A stretch of DNA of 32,000 bases, from the NCBI RefSeq assembly GCF_000341395.1, contig NC_020304.1, positions 1,230,001-1,262,000 of the forward strand. The letters run 5' to 3'. Positions 12,238-20,476 of the stretch are shown here, in pieces (the first letter of the stretch is position 1; each line of letters opens with the position of its first letter). This DNA is from Desulfocapsa sulfexigens DSM 10523. GTDB taxonomy: Bacteria; Desulfobacterota; Desulfobulbia; Desulfobulbales; Desulfocapsaceae. The translations under genes and the position numbers were made by a program. The notes beneath the pieces are model-generated. The model was not told the DNA's origin. It searched no databases and worked only from the letters and a program-made list of their open reading frames with translations.

Positions 12238-13791
12238 ATGCCGAAGAAGAGGTTATCTATGCGAAAAATTAGAGAGGTACTACGACTCAAGTATGAACTT
12301 GGGCACAGTAACCGTGAAATTTCCCGTAGCTGCGGTATTGGCAGCAGCACGGTAAGTGACTATTTACAACGAACCAAAAGAGCAGATCTGGGTTGGCCCC
12401 TTCCTGACGACCTAAGCGACAGCAGCCTTGAACAAACCCTTTTCCCTCCACCGCCTCCACCGGGGACAAGCCGGCTAATTCCAGATTTCTCTGAGATCCA
12501 CAAAGAGCTCCAATCCAAACGAGGGGTTACCCTGAACCTGCTGTGGCAGGAATACAAAGAGCAGCATCCTGACGGCTACCAGTACAGCTGGTTCTGCCAT
12601 AGTTACCGGGATTGGGCCGGCAAGCTTGATCTGGTCATGCGCCATGAACACCGAGCCGGTGAGAAACTGTTTGTCGACTACGCAGGCCAAACCGTCGATG
12701 TCGTTGACCAACACACCGGAGAAATCACAAAGGCTCAGGTCTTTGTTGCGGTCCTTGGTGCCAGCAACTACACCTATGCTGAGGCCACTCCCAGCCAGAA
12801 GATTGAGGATTGGATCGGTTCACATGTCCGTACATTTGCTTTCCTGGGTGGGGTTCCGGAAGTTGTCGTTCCAGATAACCTGAAAAGTGGCGTCACAAAA
12901 GCCTGCCGTTACGAACCTGACCTTAATCCCACTTATCATGATCTGGCCCGACATTATCAAACCGTGGTGCTGCCTGCAAGGGTTAGAAAACCAAGGGACA
13001 AGGCCAAGGCTGAGGCCGGTGTATTGCTGGTGGAACGCTGGATTCTGGCAAAACTCCGTAAACATACTTTCTTCAACATTGACGATCTCAATCGCGAAAT
13101 AGGCAAACTCCTTGAGCAACTGAACAACAAGCCTTTCAAGAAGTTATCCGGCAGCCGTAAAAGTCGCTTTGAAGAACTGGACAAACCTGCCCTGAAACAA
13201 CTTCCAGCCAGCCCTTATGAATTATCCTACTGGAAAAAGGCCACTGTACATATCGACTATCATGTGGAGGTCGAGGGACATTACTATTCCGTTCCATATA
13301 ACCTGGTCAAAAAACAGATTGAGGTGCGCTATACCAAAAGCACGGTTGAGTGTTACTTTCGTGGTAAACGGGTGGCCAGTCACATCCGGGAGAATCAACG
13401 AGGGCACCACACTACCGTCAAAGAGCATATGCCTGTCAACCACCGAAAGTACATGGAGTGGAATCCGGACAGGTTCAAGCGCTGGGCTGCCAAGGTCGGG
13501 CCGGAGACACTCTGCCTCACAGAGACGCTTCTTGTAAAAAGAGCTCACCCACAACAGGCCTATCGCACTTTGCTGGGCATTCTCCGTCTTGGCAAAGCCT
13601 ATGGAGATTCACGCCTTGAGGCAGCATGCCATCGGGCCCTGCATATCAACGCCCTTTCTTACCGCTCAGTGGAATCCATACTCAAAAGCGGCCTTGATCA
13701 GAAGCCACTACCGAAGCCGGCTACAGAGGACAAGCCGGTTAATCACGCAAATATCCGTGGCTCTCAGTATTATTCTCCCTCAACCCACTAA
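12238..13791 (+). CDS. istA: IS21-family transposase IstA
   Basis: N-terminal HTH (RKIREVLRLKYELGHSNREISRSCGIGSSTVSDYL), a DDE integrase-like core (LFVDYAGQTV ... VVPDNLKSGV ... KPRDKAKAE) and the usual length. ATG 12238 is preceded by AAGGAGGG; the track start TTG 12214 is less likely. Confidence 0.93.
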   Translation: MPKKRLSMRKIREVLRLKYELGHSNREISRSCGIGSSTVSDYLQRTKRADLGWPLPDDLSDSSLEQTLFPPPPPPGTSRLIPDFSEIHKELQSKRGVTLNLLWQEYKEQHPDGYQYSWFCHSYRDWAGKLDLVMRHEHRAGEKLFVDYAGQTVDVVDQHTGEITKAQVFVAVLGASNYTYAEATPSQKIEDWIGSHVRTFAFLGGVPEVVVPDNLKSGVTKACRYEPDLNPTYHDLARHYQTVVLPARVRKPRDKAKAEAGVLLVERWILAKLRKHTFFNIDDLNREIGKLLEQLNNKPFKKLSGSRKSRFEELDKPALKQLPASPYELSYWKKATVHIDYHVEVEGHYYSVPYNLVKKQIEVRYTKSTVECYFRGKRVASHIRENQRGHHTTVKEHMPVNHRKYMEWNPDRFKRWAAKVGPETLCLTETLLVKRAHPQQAYRTLLGILRLGKAYGDSRLEAACHRALHINALSYRSVESILKSGLDQKPLPKPATEDKPVNHANIRGSQYYSPSTH

Positions 13792-13811
13792 AACAAAAAG
13801 GAAACGATAAA

Positions 13812-14549
13812 ATGCTTCTGCATCCAACACTTGAAAAACTCACAACTCTTCGATTCACCGGCATGGCCGCAGCACTCCAGGAACAGATGGACATGGACAC
13901 TGCAGATAACCTGGGTTTCGAAGAACGCCTCGGTCTGTTACTTGACCGCGAGCAGGCGGTCAGGGAAACCAGAAAACTTCAGACCAGACTCAGAAAGGCA
14001 AAGCTGCGGCAGGATGGCTCAATCGAGGATGTAGACTTCCGTCATCCGCGTGGTCTGGATAGGTCACTGGTAACCAGGCTGGCTGACTGCAACTGGATAA
14101 AGGAACATACCAATCTGCTTATTACCGGCCCCACTGGAGTCGGCAAATCCTATCTTGCCTGTGCCTTGGCCCAAAAGGCATGCAGAGAAGGCTATAGTGC
14201 TCTCTATCTCCGTCTGAGTAAACTCTTTGAAGATCTGGCTCTTGCCAAGGGGGATGGCCGTTATCTGAAGTTACTGACTGTCTATTCAAAAACAGATCTA
14301 TTGGTACTTGATGACTATGGACTGGCCACACTCAACCAGGAGCAACGCCATGATTTACTAGAAATACTGGAAGACAGACACGGCCTCAAATCTACCTTGG
14401 TAACCAGTCAATTACCGGTAGAGCACTGGCATGAGCGGATCGGAGATCCGACTTTAGCCGACGCCATTCTTGACCGTCTGGTACATGCCGCTCACAAAAT
14501 CAAACTGAAAGGAGAATCTATGAGAAAAAAGAAAGCACGCTTGACGTGA
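13812..14549 (+). CDS. istB: IS21-family helper ATPase IstB
   Basis: Walker A GPTGVGKS, Walker B LLVLDDYG, and the conserved C-terminus DRLVHAAHKIKLKGESMR. Lies 20 nt downstream of istA. Confidence 0.95.
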   Translation: MLLHPTLEKLTTLRFTGMAAALQEQMDMDTADNLGFEERLGLLLDREQAVRETRKLQTRLRKAKLRQDGSIEDVDFRHPRGLDRSLVTRLADCNWIKEHTNLLITGPTGVGKSYLACALAQKACREGYSALYLRLSKLFEDLALAKGDGRYLKLLTVYSKTDLLVLDDYGLATLNQEQRHDLLEILEDRHGLKSTLVTSQLPVEHWHERIGDPTLADAILDRLVHAAHKIKLKGESMRKKKARLT

Positions 14550-14580
14550 GAGCAACACACAGAGTAAGAAGGAAATATTC

Positions 14581-14695
14581 GCGTCGCTACGCTCCGACAC
14601 CCTGGCCGGAATCCTCTGGACTGGGTGGCCGCTTTGCCGTGGAATTACTGGCCGGAATCAAGTGGACTGGGTGGCCGGATTCACTGGAATACGCA
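14581..14695 (-). repeat. IS21 right end: terminal inverted repeat plus subterminal repeats
   Basis: The reverse complement reads TGCGTATTCCAGTGAATCCGGCCACCCAGTCCACTTGATTCCGGCCAGTAATTCCA...GGATTCCGGCCAGG...GTAGCGACGC, mirroring the left end. Confidence 0.8.
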
Positions 14696-14700
14696 CATTT
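14696..14700. repeat. Target-site duplication, right copy (CATTT)
   Basis: See the left copy at 12041-12045. Confidence 0.8.
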
Positions 14701-14792
14701 GATTGTTTCAGACTATGCTGAATATGTGCTACAAAATCACCAACCGAGGTACCACTTCCTAAAGGTATCATGGTTAATTGCATTAATGCCAT
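14696..14792 (-). pseudogene. MTH1187/YkoF-like gene, N-terminal fragment (start codon and RBS intact)
   Basis: The minus strand reads AGGAGGgtaccaATG GCA TTA ATG CAA..., giving MALMQLTMIPLGSGTSVGDFVAHIQHSLKQSN before entering the IS end. Removing 12046-14700 joins it in frame to ...ATFKLNDMGTLIEG. Confidence 0.8.
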
Positions 14793-14828
14793 TGGTACCC
14801 TCCTGTTTTTAAATGATAAAACGTTGAA

Positions 14829-15701
14829 CTAAATATCTTCACCAGCAATAAGTGCGACCAGCCTTTCCAGGTCATCCAGGGAATAGTATTCAATTTCCAG
14901 TTTCCCGCGACTTCCATTTTGTTGCAGTTGAACTTTAGAGTGGAGTTTATTGGTTACCCTGTTGATCAAAGTCTGCGAAAACTGGTCAGGGATTGATATG
15001 TTTTTTTGGGTCCTGATGGTCCTGTTGTTTGTGTTTTCCAGTTTCATGCGTGAGGTCAGTTTTTCAGTTTGCCTTACTGATAATCCCTTAGCGACGACCT
15101 GGTCTCTTGCTGCTTTCATGGCCGTTGTATCATCAGACAATCGTAAGATCGCCCTTGCATGTCCCTCAGATAGTTTTTTTTCCGCTATATCTAGTTGAAT
15201 AAAATCAGGTAGTTGTAGTAACCTTAAGCGATTTGTTACAGTCGATCTTTTTTTTCCTACCTTTGACGCAGTTTCCTCTTGGGTATATGAAAAGAGTTTT
15301 ATTAATTTTTCGTATGCGAGGGCCTCTTCAATTGGGTTTAGGTCCTGTCTCTGGACGTTTTCAATAAGAGCGAGTTCTAACAACTCGTCATCCCCTCCAA
15401 TTTCTCTCACAACGACTGGTACCTCTTTTAGCCCTATGAGCTTCGAGGCCCTTAACCTTCTTTCTCCTGCTATTAATCCGTAAGTTCCGTTGTTTTTTGG
15501 AATAACAACCAGGGGTTGTATAATGCCCTTCTCCCTGATGGATTCCGCTAGCTCGTTGAGCTTGTCTTTGTCAAAATGAGTTCTTGGTTGAAAACTGTTG
15601 GCAATTATTTTATCAACATCACACGAAAAATATTTCTCCTCATCCTCTTCTTGATTGAAAAGGAGGTTTACCCCTTTTCCTAGTCCTTTCATTTTTGTCA
15701 T
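14829..15701 (-). CDS. parB: Chromosome partitioning protein ParB/Spo0J
   Basis: ParB-box motifs (IQPLVVIP..., YGLIAGERRLRASKLIGLKEVPVVVRE), an HTH region (SYTQEETASKVGKKRSTVTNRLRLLQL) and a C-terminal dimerisation segment. Confidence 0.95.
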   Translation of the reverse strand: MTKMKGLGKGVNLLFNQEEDEEKYFSCDVDKIIANSFQPRTHFDKDKLNELAESIREKGIIQPLVVIPKNNGTYGLIAGERRLRASKLIGLKEVPVVVREIGGDDELLELALIENVQRQDLNPIEEALAYEKLIKLFSYTQEETASKVGKKRSTVTNRLRLLQLPDFIQLDIAEKKLSEGHARAILRLSDDTTAMKAARDQVVAKGLSVRQTEKLTSRMKLENTNNRTIRTQKNISIPDQFSQTLINRVTNKLHSKVQLQQNGSRGKLEIEYYSLDDLERLVALIAGEDI

Positions 15702-15710
15702 ATCAACACC

Positions 15711-16484
15711 TTAATTTTGTTTCTTTAGAAATTCATTTGCCAGTTTGATGTATGCCTGAGCACCTGTGGATTTGACATCATATTCGATAACAGACAAACC
15801 GTGACTCGGACATTCACTCAAACGAACATTTCTAGGAATCACTGTTCGGAACACCTGGTCTTTGAAGTGCTTTTTTAACTCATCTTCTACTTGAAATGTC
15901 AATTTGTTTCTTTTGTCAAACATGGTTAAGAGCAGGCCCTCGATATAGAGGTTTTTGTTTAGTGATTTTTTCACCGACCGTATGGTACTCACCAGTTGTG
16001 ATAGCCCTTCTAGTGCGAAATATTCACACTGCATGGGAATTAAAACAGAATCTGCGGCTGTAAGACTGTTGACTGTCAACAGGCCCAGGGACGGAGGGCA
16101 GTCGATAAGGATAAAATCGTATTCTTCTCGCAATGGCTCAAGCATTGTTTTTAGTACATACTCTCGTTTCTCTATTGGAAAGAGCTCCATTTCAGCAGCA
16201 GACAAATCAATACCCGATGGTAAAATTGTTAAGTTCCTTTTTTTGTTTGGTGTGATAAGGACAGTTTTTACCGGGATGTCTTGGGTGTAACAGTGGTACA
16301 ATTGTGACTTGCAGTCACTCTGGCGAACTCCGTAACCCGATGTCGCATTACCTTGTGGGTCCGAATCCACAAGAAGGATTTTCTTTTTTTTTCGCTCAAG
16401 TGCAGCAGCAAGACTAACAGCCGAGGTTGTTTTTCCAACCCCACCTTTTTGGTTGGCAATAGCGATGATTTTTCCAGGACTCAT
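15711..16484 (-). CDS. parA: Chromosome partitioning ATPase ParA/Soj
   Basis: Deviant Walker A KGGVGKTT in MSPGKIIAIANQKGGVGKTTSAV, and ILIDCPPSLG. ATG 16484 is preferred over the track start 16559, which adds 25 lysine-rich residues. Confidence 0.95.
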   Translation of the reverse strand: MSPGKIIAIANQKGGVGKTTSAVSLAAALERKKKKILLVDSDPQGNATSGYGVRQSDCKSQLYHCYTQDIPVKTVLITPNKKRNLTILPSGIDLSAAEMELFPIEKREYVLKTMLEPLREEYDFILIDCPPSLGLLTVNSLTAADSVLIPMQCEYFALEGLSQLVSTIRSVKKSLNKNLYIEGLLLTMFDKRNKLTFQVEDELKKHFKDQVFRTVIPRNVRLSECPSHGLSVIEYDVKSTGAQAYIKLANEFLKKQN

Positions 16485-16688
16485 GTTTTTCACTCTCTTT
16501 GTTTTTAATCTCACTAAAAAGTACAACTTCTTCTCTTTTTTATCCCACTTTTCCTTCAATCACAATCTAATTACTCAATACTGTCTGCTTTTGTTTTGTT
16601 TTTTTTGTTTTTTACCACAAGGTGTGCCTATTTCTTGCCTTTGTTTTTGCTTAGGTATAAGTTGCTTGTGAGTCGGTTACTATTTCAA

Positions 16689-16704
16689 TGTTTCACGTGA
16701 AACA
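16689..16704. promoter_or_regulatory. parS: parS centromere-like site, perfect 16-bp consensus palindrome
   Basis: TGTTTCACGTGAAACA matches the canonical tGTTNCACGTGAAACa parS. Symmetry extends to 20 bp (AATGTTTCACGTGAAACATT, 16687-16706). It lies in the parA/nadB divergent spacer. Confidence 0.85.
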
Positions 16705-16720
16705 TTAAGTGAGGGGATTT

Positions 16721-18370
16721 ATGGAAAGTGATTTTTTGGTGATAGGTAGCGGTATAGCGGGGCTTTCGTATGCTTTACGGTGTGCTGAGTTGGGTAGTGT
16801 GGTTGTTGTTACAAAGAAGAAGGATATTGACACGGCAACTAACCTGGCTCAGGGGGGCATTGCTGTGGTGTTGGAGGCTGAGGATAGTTATGAGTCCCAC
16901 GTAAAGGATACCCTGGAGTCTGGGGCCGGGTTGTGCGATGAGAGTGTGGTTAGGATGGTGGTAGAAGATGGTCCGGCGAGGGTTGCTGATTTGGTAAGGA
17001 TGGGTGTTGATTTTGTAAGGGATGAAGGAAGTTCCTCGGGGTACTCTCTTGGAATGGAGGGAGGGCATAGTTGTAGGAGGGTTGCTCATGCAAATGATCT
17101 GACGGGTAGGGAGATAGAACGGGCTTTGTTGAATGTGGTTCGTAACCATAAGAGGATTGAACTTATGGAGGAGCACATGGTTGTAGATTTGTTAATGGTT
17201 GCAGGTGGTGTCCCTGGTTGGGGAGAGGTTGATTCTGGAGAGCGTTGTGTCGGGGCGTATGTGTTGGTTGATGGGCAGGTTGAGGCTTATCGTGCTAAAT
17301 TGACAGCTATATGTAGTGGTGGGGTTGGGAAGGTGTATCTTTATACAACGAACCCGGATATTGCAACTGGTGATGGTATTGCTATGGCTTTTAGGGCTGG
17401 GGCTGAAATTGAGAATATGGAATTTGTACAGTTTCACCCTACGTGCTTGTATCATCCAGAAGAGAAGAATTTTTTGATTTCGGAGGCGGTTAGGGGCGAA
17501 GGTGGAGTGTTGATTGGTGTGGATGGTGTTCCTTTTATGAAAAAATATGATTCAAGGGAAGACTTGGCAACCAGGGATACGGTTGCTCGTGCAATTGATA
17601 GAGAAATGAAGGAAACAGGTGAAGATTGTGTGTTTTTAGATATCACCCACAGGGATCCTGTGTTTGTGAAAAAAAGATTTCCTACAATTTATGACAGGTG
17701 TTTGTCGCGAGGTATAGATATAACAAAACAGCCAATTCCAGTGGTACCAGCTGCACATTATATGTGCGGAGGAATTCGTACTGATAAGTATGCGAGAACA
17801 ACTGTAGCTGGTTTGATGGCCCTGGGTGAGAGTGCTTGTACGGGGTTGCATGGTGGTAATAGGTTGGCAAGTAATAGTTTGCTTGAGGCAGTGGTTTTCG
17901 CAAATAGGGCAGCGGTGTTTTGTGAAAAAAATTGGAAAGAATTACAAAATATAGATATTCCAATTATTGATTTATGGAAGAGCGGAGATGCAAAGGAATT
18001 AGGTGAGGAAATCTTAATAAATCATAATTGGGATTCTATAAGAAGAGTAATGTGGAATTATGTGGGTATTGTTAGGTCTATGAAAAGATTGGAGCTCGCT
18101 AAGAAGCGTATGGAGTTTATATATTCAGAAATTGAGGAACATTACCAGGAGTATTTTGTCACTCCAAATATGGTTGAGTTGCGCAATATCTCACTGATAT
18201 CATTATTGATTATACAATCTGCCTTGTCGAGGAAGGAATCTCGTGGGTTACATTATGTGATAGATTTTCCAAACAAATTCAAACATTCTAATGCTACGCT
18301 CTTTCGTAGGAAAGGTAATAGAAACAGCTGGGAATTTGAGTTAATAGGGGGTGTGGAAGGTGAAGAATAA
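16721..18370 (+). CDS. nadB: L-aspartate oxidase
   Basis: FAD-binding N-terminus DFLVIGSGIAGLSYA, plus HPTCLY, AHYMCGGIRTD, RLASNSLLEAVVF and RKESRGLHY motifs. ATG 16721 is preceded by GAGGGG; the track start 16709 is GTG. Confidence 0.92.
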   Translation: MESDFLVIGSGIAGLSYALRCAELGSVVVVTKKKDIDTATNLAQGGIAVVLEAEDSYESHVKDTLESGAGLCDESVVRMVVEDGPARVADLVRMGVDFVRDEGSSSGYSLGMEGGHSCRRVAHANDLTGREIERALLNVVRNHKRIELMEEHMVVDLLMVAGGVPGWGEVDSGERCVGAYVLVDGQVEAYRAKLTAICSGGVGKVYLYTTNPDIATGDGIAMAFRAGAEIENMEFVQFHPTCLYHPEEKNFLISEAVRGEGGVLIGVDGVPFMKKYDSREDLATRDTVARAIDREMKETGEDCVFLDITHRDPVFVKKRFPTIYDRCLSRGIDITKQPIPVVPAAHYMCGGIRTDKYARTTVAGLMALGESACTGLHGGNRLASNSLLEAVVFANRAAVFCEKNWKELQNIDIPIIDLWKSGDAKELGEEILINHNWDSIRRVMWNYVGIVRSMKRLELAKKRMEFIYSEIEEHYQEYFVTPNMVELRNISLISLLIIQSALSRKESRGLHYVIDFPNKFKHSNATLFRRKGNRNSWEFELIGGVEGEE

Positions 18371-18941
18371 ACAATTTGTTATTTCGGTTATGTCTAAAGA
18401 TCGCCCAGGAATAATATCCGATGTTACTACTGTGATTTATGATTTAGGAGGAGATTTGGCGGGCCTTAACCAATCTGTACTGGGAGGGTATTTTACTATG
18501 ATACTAATGGTGGAGTTTCCTGAAGGGGTAACCGTTGAAACACTGATGAAAACGTTTTCAGCTATTGGTACTGAACCAGCCATTGAAGCCATCATAAAAG
18601 AAGTGGATGGTGTTTATATGTATGATAACAGGGTCTTACCTGGTGAAACCTATGTGGTAACGGCACAGGGGGGAAACCGAAAAGGATTGGTTAAGCTCCT
18701 GGGAGATTTTTTTTATGCACGAGCAATTAACGTTTTGGATTTGGTGACTGCGAGGCGTGATGAATTGTATACAATGATATTTCAGGTTGATTTAAGTCAT
18801 ATTGAGTCAATGAATAAATTGAGGAAGGAGTTGGTTTTACTTGCAGGCAAGGAAAATTTGGATGTCGTGTTACAGCACAATGATATTTACATGGCTACTA
18901 ATGAAGTAGGATTGCCTCTTGACGCAATTATAGGAGGCTAA
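18360..18941 (+). CDS. Tandem ACT-domain protein (UPF0237/GcvR-like)
   Basis: Two ACT-like halves: FVISVMSKDRPGIISDVTTVIYDLGGDLAGLNQSVLGGYFTMILMVEF and YVVTAQGGNRKGLVKLLGDFFYARAINVLDLVT...LYTMIFQVDL. The start is GTG 18360 (or 18351) and overlaps the nadB 3' end. Confidence 0.75.
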   Translation: MKNKQFVISVMSKDRPGIISDVTTVIYDLGGDLAGLNQSVLGGYFTMILMVEFPEGVTVETLMKTFSAIGTEPAIEAIIKEVDGVYMYDNRVLPGETYVVTAQGGNRKGLVKLLGDFFYARAINVLDLVTARRDELYTMIFQVDLSHIESMNKLRKELVLLAGKENLDVVLQHNDIYMATNEVGLPLDAIIGG

Positions 18942-18950
18942 GGAGAAAAA

Positions 18951-20330
18951 ATGCTACGCTCAGACCAGATAATGGCTACGGTTGAAATGGTGCAGAAAGA
19001 GAACCTTGATGTAAGGACTGTGACCATGGGGATAAATCTTCTGGATTGCCGTGTAGGAACGGTAAAAGGTACATGTGAAAAGGTAGAGGAAAAGATTGCC
19101 AGGTGTGCGGAAAAATTTGTGGTAAAATGTGATGAGGTTTCTGTGAAATATGGCGTTCCTGTCATTAACAAGCGTATTTCGGTAACTCCGGCAGCGTTGG
19201 TTGGATCAGGCTTTAAAACCAATGATTTTGTGCAACTGGCAAAGAGTCTTGATACGGCCGCAGAAAATGTTGGTGTTGATATCTTAGGTGGTTTTACAGC
19301 ACATGTTGAAAAAGGTATGACGAATAGCGATAGGGCTTTTATTGGAGCAATTCCTAAAGCCCTGGCTCTAACCAAAAGGGTTTGTGCTTCTATAAATGTT
19401 GGTTCCAGTCATAAGGGGATTAATATGGATGCTGTTGCAATGATAGGAAATACAATAAAACTGTTAGCGGAGGCGACGGCAGATAGTGGCGGTTTTGGCG
19501 CTGCGAAGTTTGTTGTTTTTTGTAATCAGCCTGGAGACAATCCATTTATGGCTGGTGCTATTCATGGTGTGGAGGAAGCTGATGTTGTTCTGAATGTTGG
19601 GGTTTCGGGTCCAGGGGTCATTGCCAGATCATTGGAAAGAACCATTAACAGGCGCGGAAGAGATAACATGAAGTTGGATGACATTGCAGAAGAAATCAAA
19701 CAGATCACTTTCAGGGTAACAAGATGCGGTGAGTTGATTGGTCGACAGGTATCGAAGGAGTTAGGGGTAGAGTTTGGAGTGGTGGATCTGTCACTTGCTC
19801 CAACACCAAAGATAGGCGATTCGGTGGGCGAGATACTGCAGATACTTGGGGTAGATGATGTGGGGGCGCCAGGAACTACGGCAATTGTTGCGTTGTTAAA
19901 TGATGCAGTAAAGAAAGGTGGGATTTTTGCATCAAAGGCCGTGGGGGGATTAAGTGGTGCCTTTGTTCCAGTGATGGAAGATGCAGTTCTGGCGGAGGCG
20001 GTTGCTAAAGGGGCTTTAACAATTGAAAAACTCGAATCTCTCACCTGTGTTTGTTCAGTGGGGCTTGATATGGTACCAATCCCAGGTGATGTTGATGCAG
20101 CAACGATTTCAGCAATAATTGCAGATGAAATGGCAATTGGAATGATAAATAATAAAACGACAGCGGCGAGACTTATTCCGGTCCCAGGCAAAAAGGCTGG
20201 TGAAATTGTGAATTTTGGGGGATTGTTTGGAACGAGCCCTATTATGGAAGTTAGAAATGTGAACAAATCAGCAAGGTTTATAGCGTGGGGGGGGAGGATC
20301 CCAGCACCTATTCATAGTTTTAAAAATTAG
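18951..20330 (+). CDS. UPF0210 / DUF711 ('PFL family') protein of unknown function
   Basis: Full-length similarity to the UPF0210 family as I recall it: VRTVTMGINLLDC, NPFMAGAIHGVEEADVVLNVGVSGPGV, VDLSLAPTP, ICSVGLDMVPIP, and C-terminal GGRIPAPIHSFKN. Confidence 0.85.
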   Translation: MLRSDQIMATVEMVQKENLDVRTVTMGINLLDCRVGTVKGTCEKVEEKIARCAEKFVVKCDEVSVKYGVPVINKRISVTPAALVGSGFKTNDFVQLAKSLDTAAENVGVDILGGFTAHVEKGMTNSDRAFIGAIPKALALTKRVCASINVGSSHKGINMDAVAMIGNTIKLLAEATADSGGFGAAKFVVFCNQPGDNPFMAGAIHGVEEADVVLNVGVSGPGVIARSLERTINRRGRDNMKLDDIAEEIKQITFRVTRCGELIGRQVSKELGVEFGVVDLSLAPTPKIGDSVGEILQILGVDDVGAPGTTAIVALLNDAVKKGGIFASKAVGGLSGAFVPVMEDAVLAEAVAKGALTIEKLESLTCVCSVGLDMVPIPGDVDAATISAIIADEMAIGMINNKTTAARLIPVPGKKAGEIVNFGGLFGTSPIMEVRNVNKSARFIAWGGRIPAPIHSFKN

Positions 20331-20349
20331 AATAGTAAAAAAAGAAAAA

Positions 20350-20381
20350 GGCCCTTGAAAATATTTTCAAGGACCTTTTTT
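20350..20381 (+). terminator. Rho-independent terminator after the UPF0210 gene
   Basis: CCTTGAAAATA/TATTTTCAAGG hairpin followed by a T-run (ACCTTTTTTG). Confidence 0.75.
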
Positions 20382-20384
20382 GTA

Positions 20385-20462
20385 TGGCGTCCCCAGTCGG
20401 ATTTGAACCGGCGTTGCTGGGATGAAAACCCAGTGTCCTGGACCTGACTAGACGATGGGGAC
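20385..20462 (-). tRNA. tRNA-Glu (anticodon UUC), CCA encoded
   Basis: The reverse complement reads GTCCCCATCGTCTAGTCAGGTCCAGGACACTGGGTTTTCATCCCAGCAACGCCGGTTCAAATCCGACTGGGGACGCCA. Anticodon stem CTGGG/CCCAG, loop TT-TTC-AT. Confidence 0.92.
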
Positions 20463-20476
20463 AAATGTATATATGT

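Larger units (their letters stand above)
12046..14695 (+). mobile_element. Complete IS21-family insertion sequence (2,650 bp) carrying istA and istB
   Basis: Termini TGCATATTCCAGACGATTCCGGCCACC and, reverse-complemented, TGCGTATTCCAGTGAATCCGGCCACC (5'-TG...CA-3'). Multiple subterminal repeats, an istA-istB gene pair and a 5-bp TSD. Hand-sampled G+C is 42-58%, against 27-43% in the flanking genes. Confidence 0.93.

Noticed and set aside
14546-14812. 88-aa plus-strand ORF, and the first 29 codons of ORF 11811..12131
   Set aside because: Both read through the repeated IS21 terminal sequences (WPESSGLGGRF / WPESRGMSGRF, mirror translations of the inverted repeats). They are artefacts of the IS ends plus the flanking pseudogene fragments.
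16775-17963. Series of minus-strand ORFs (133, 87, 64, 71, 93 aa) antisense to nadB
   Set aside because: They are low-complexity translations with no motifs. Their length comes from the C-poor sense strand, which removes antisense stop codons. nadB on the plus strand has unambiguous family motifs.
18938-20266. 145-aa and 234-aa minus-strand ORFs antisense to the UPF0210 gene
   Set aside because: Same cause as the nadB antisense ORFs: G:C was 24:7 in a sampled 60 nt of the sense strand. The products are Ser/Pro/Thr/Ala-rich low-complexity sequences, while the sense-strand protein matches UPF0210 end to end.
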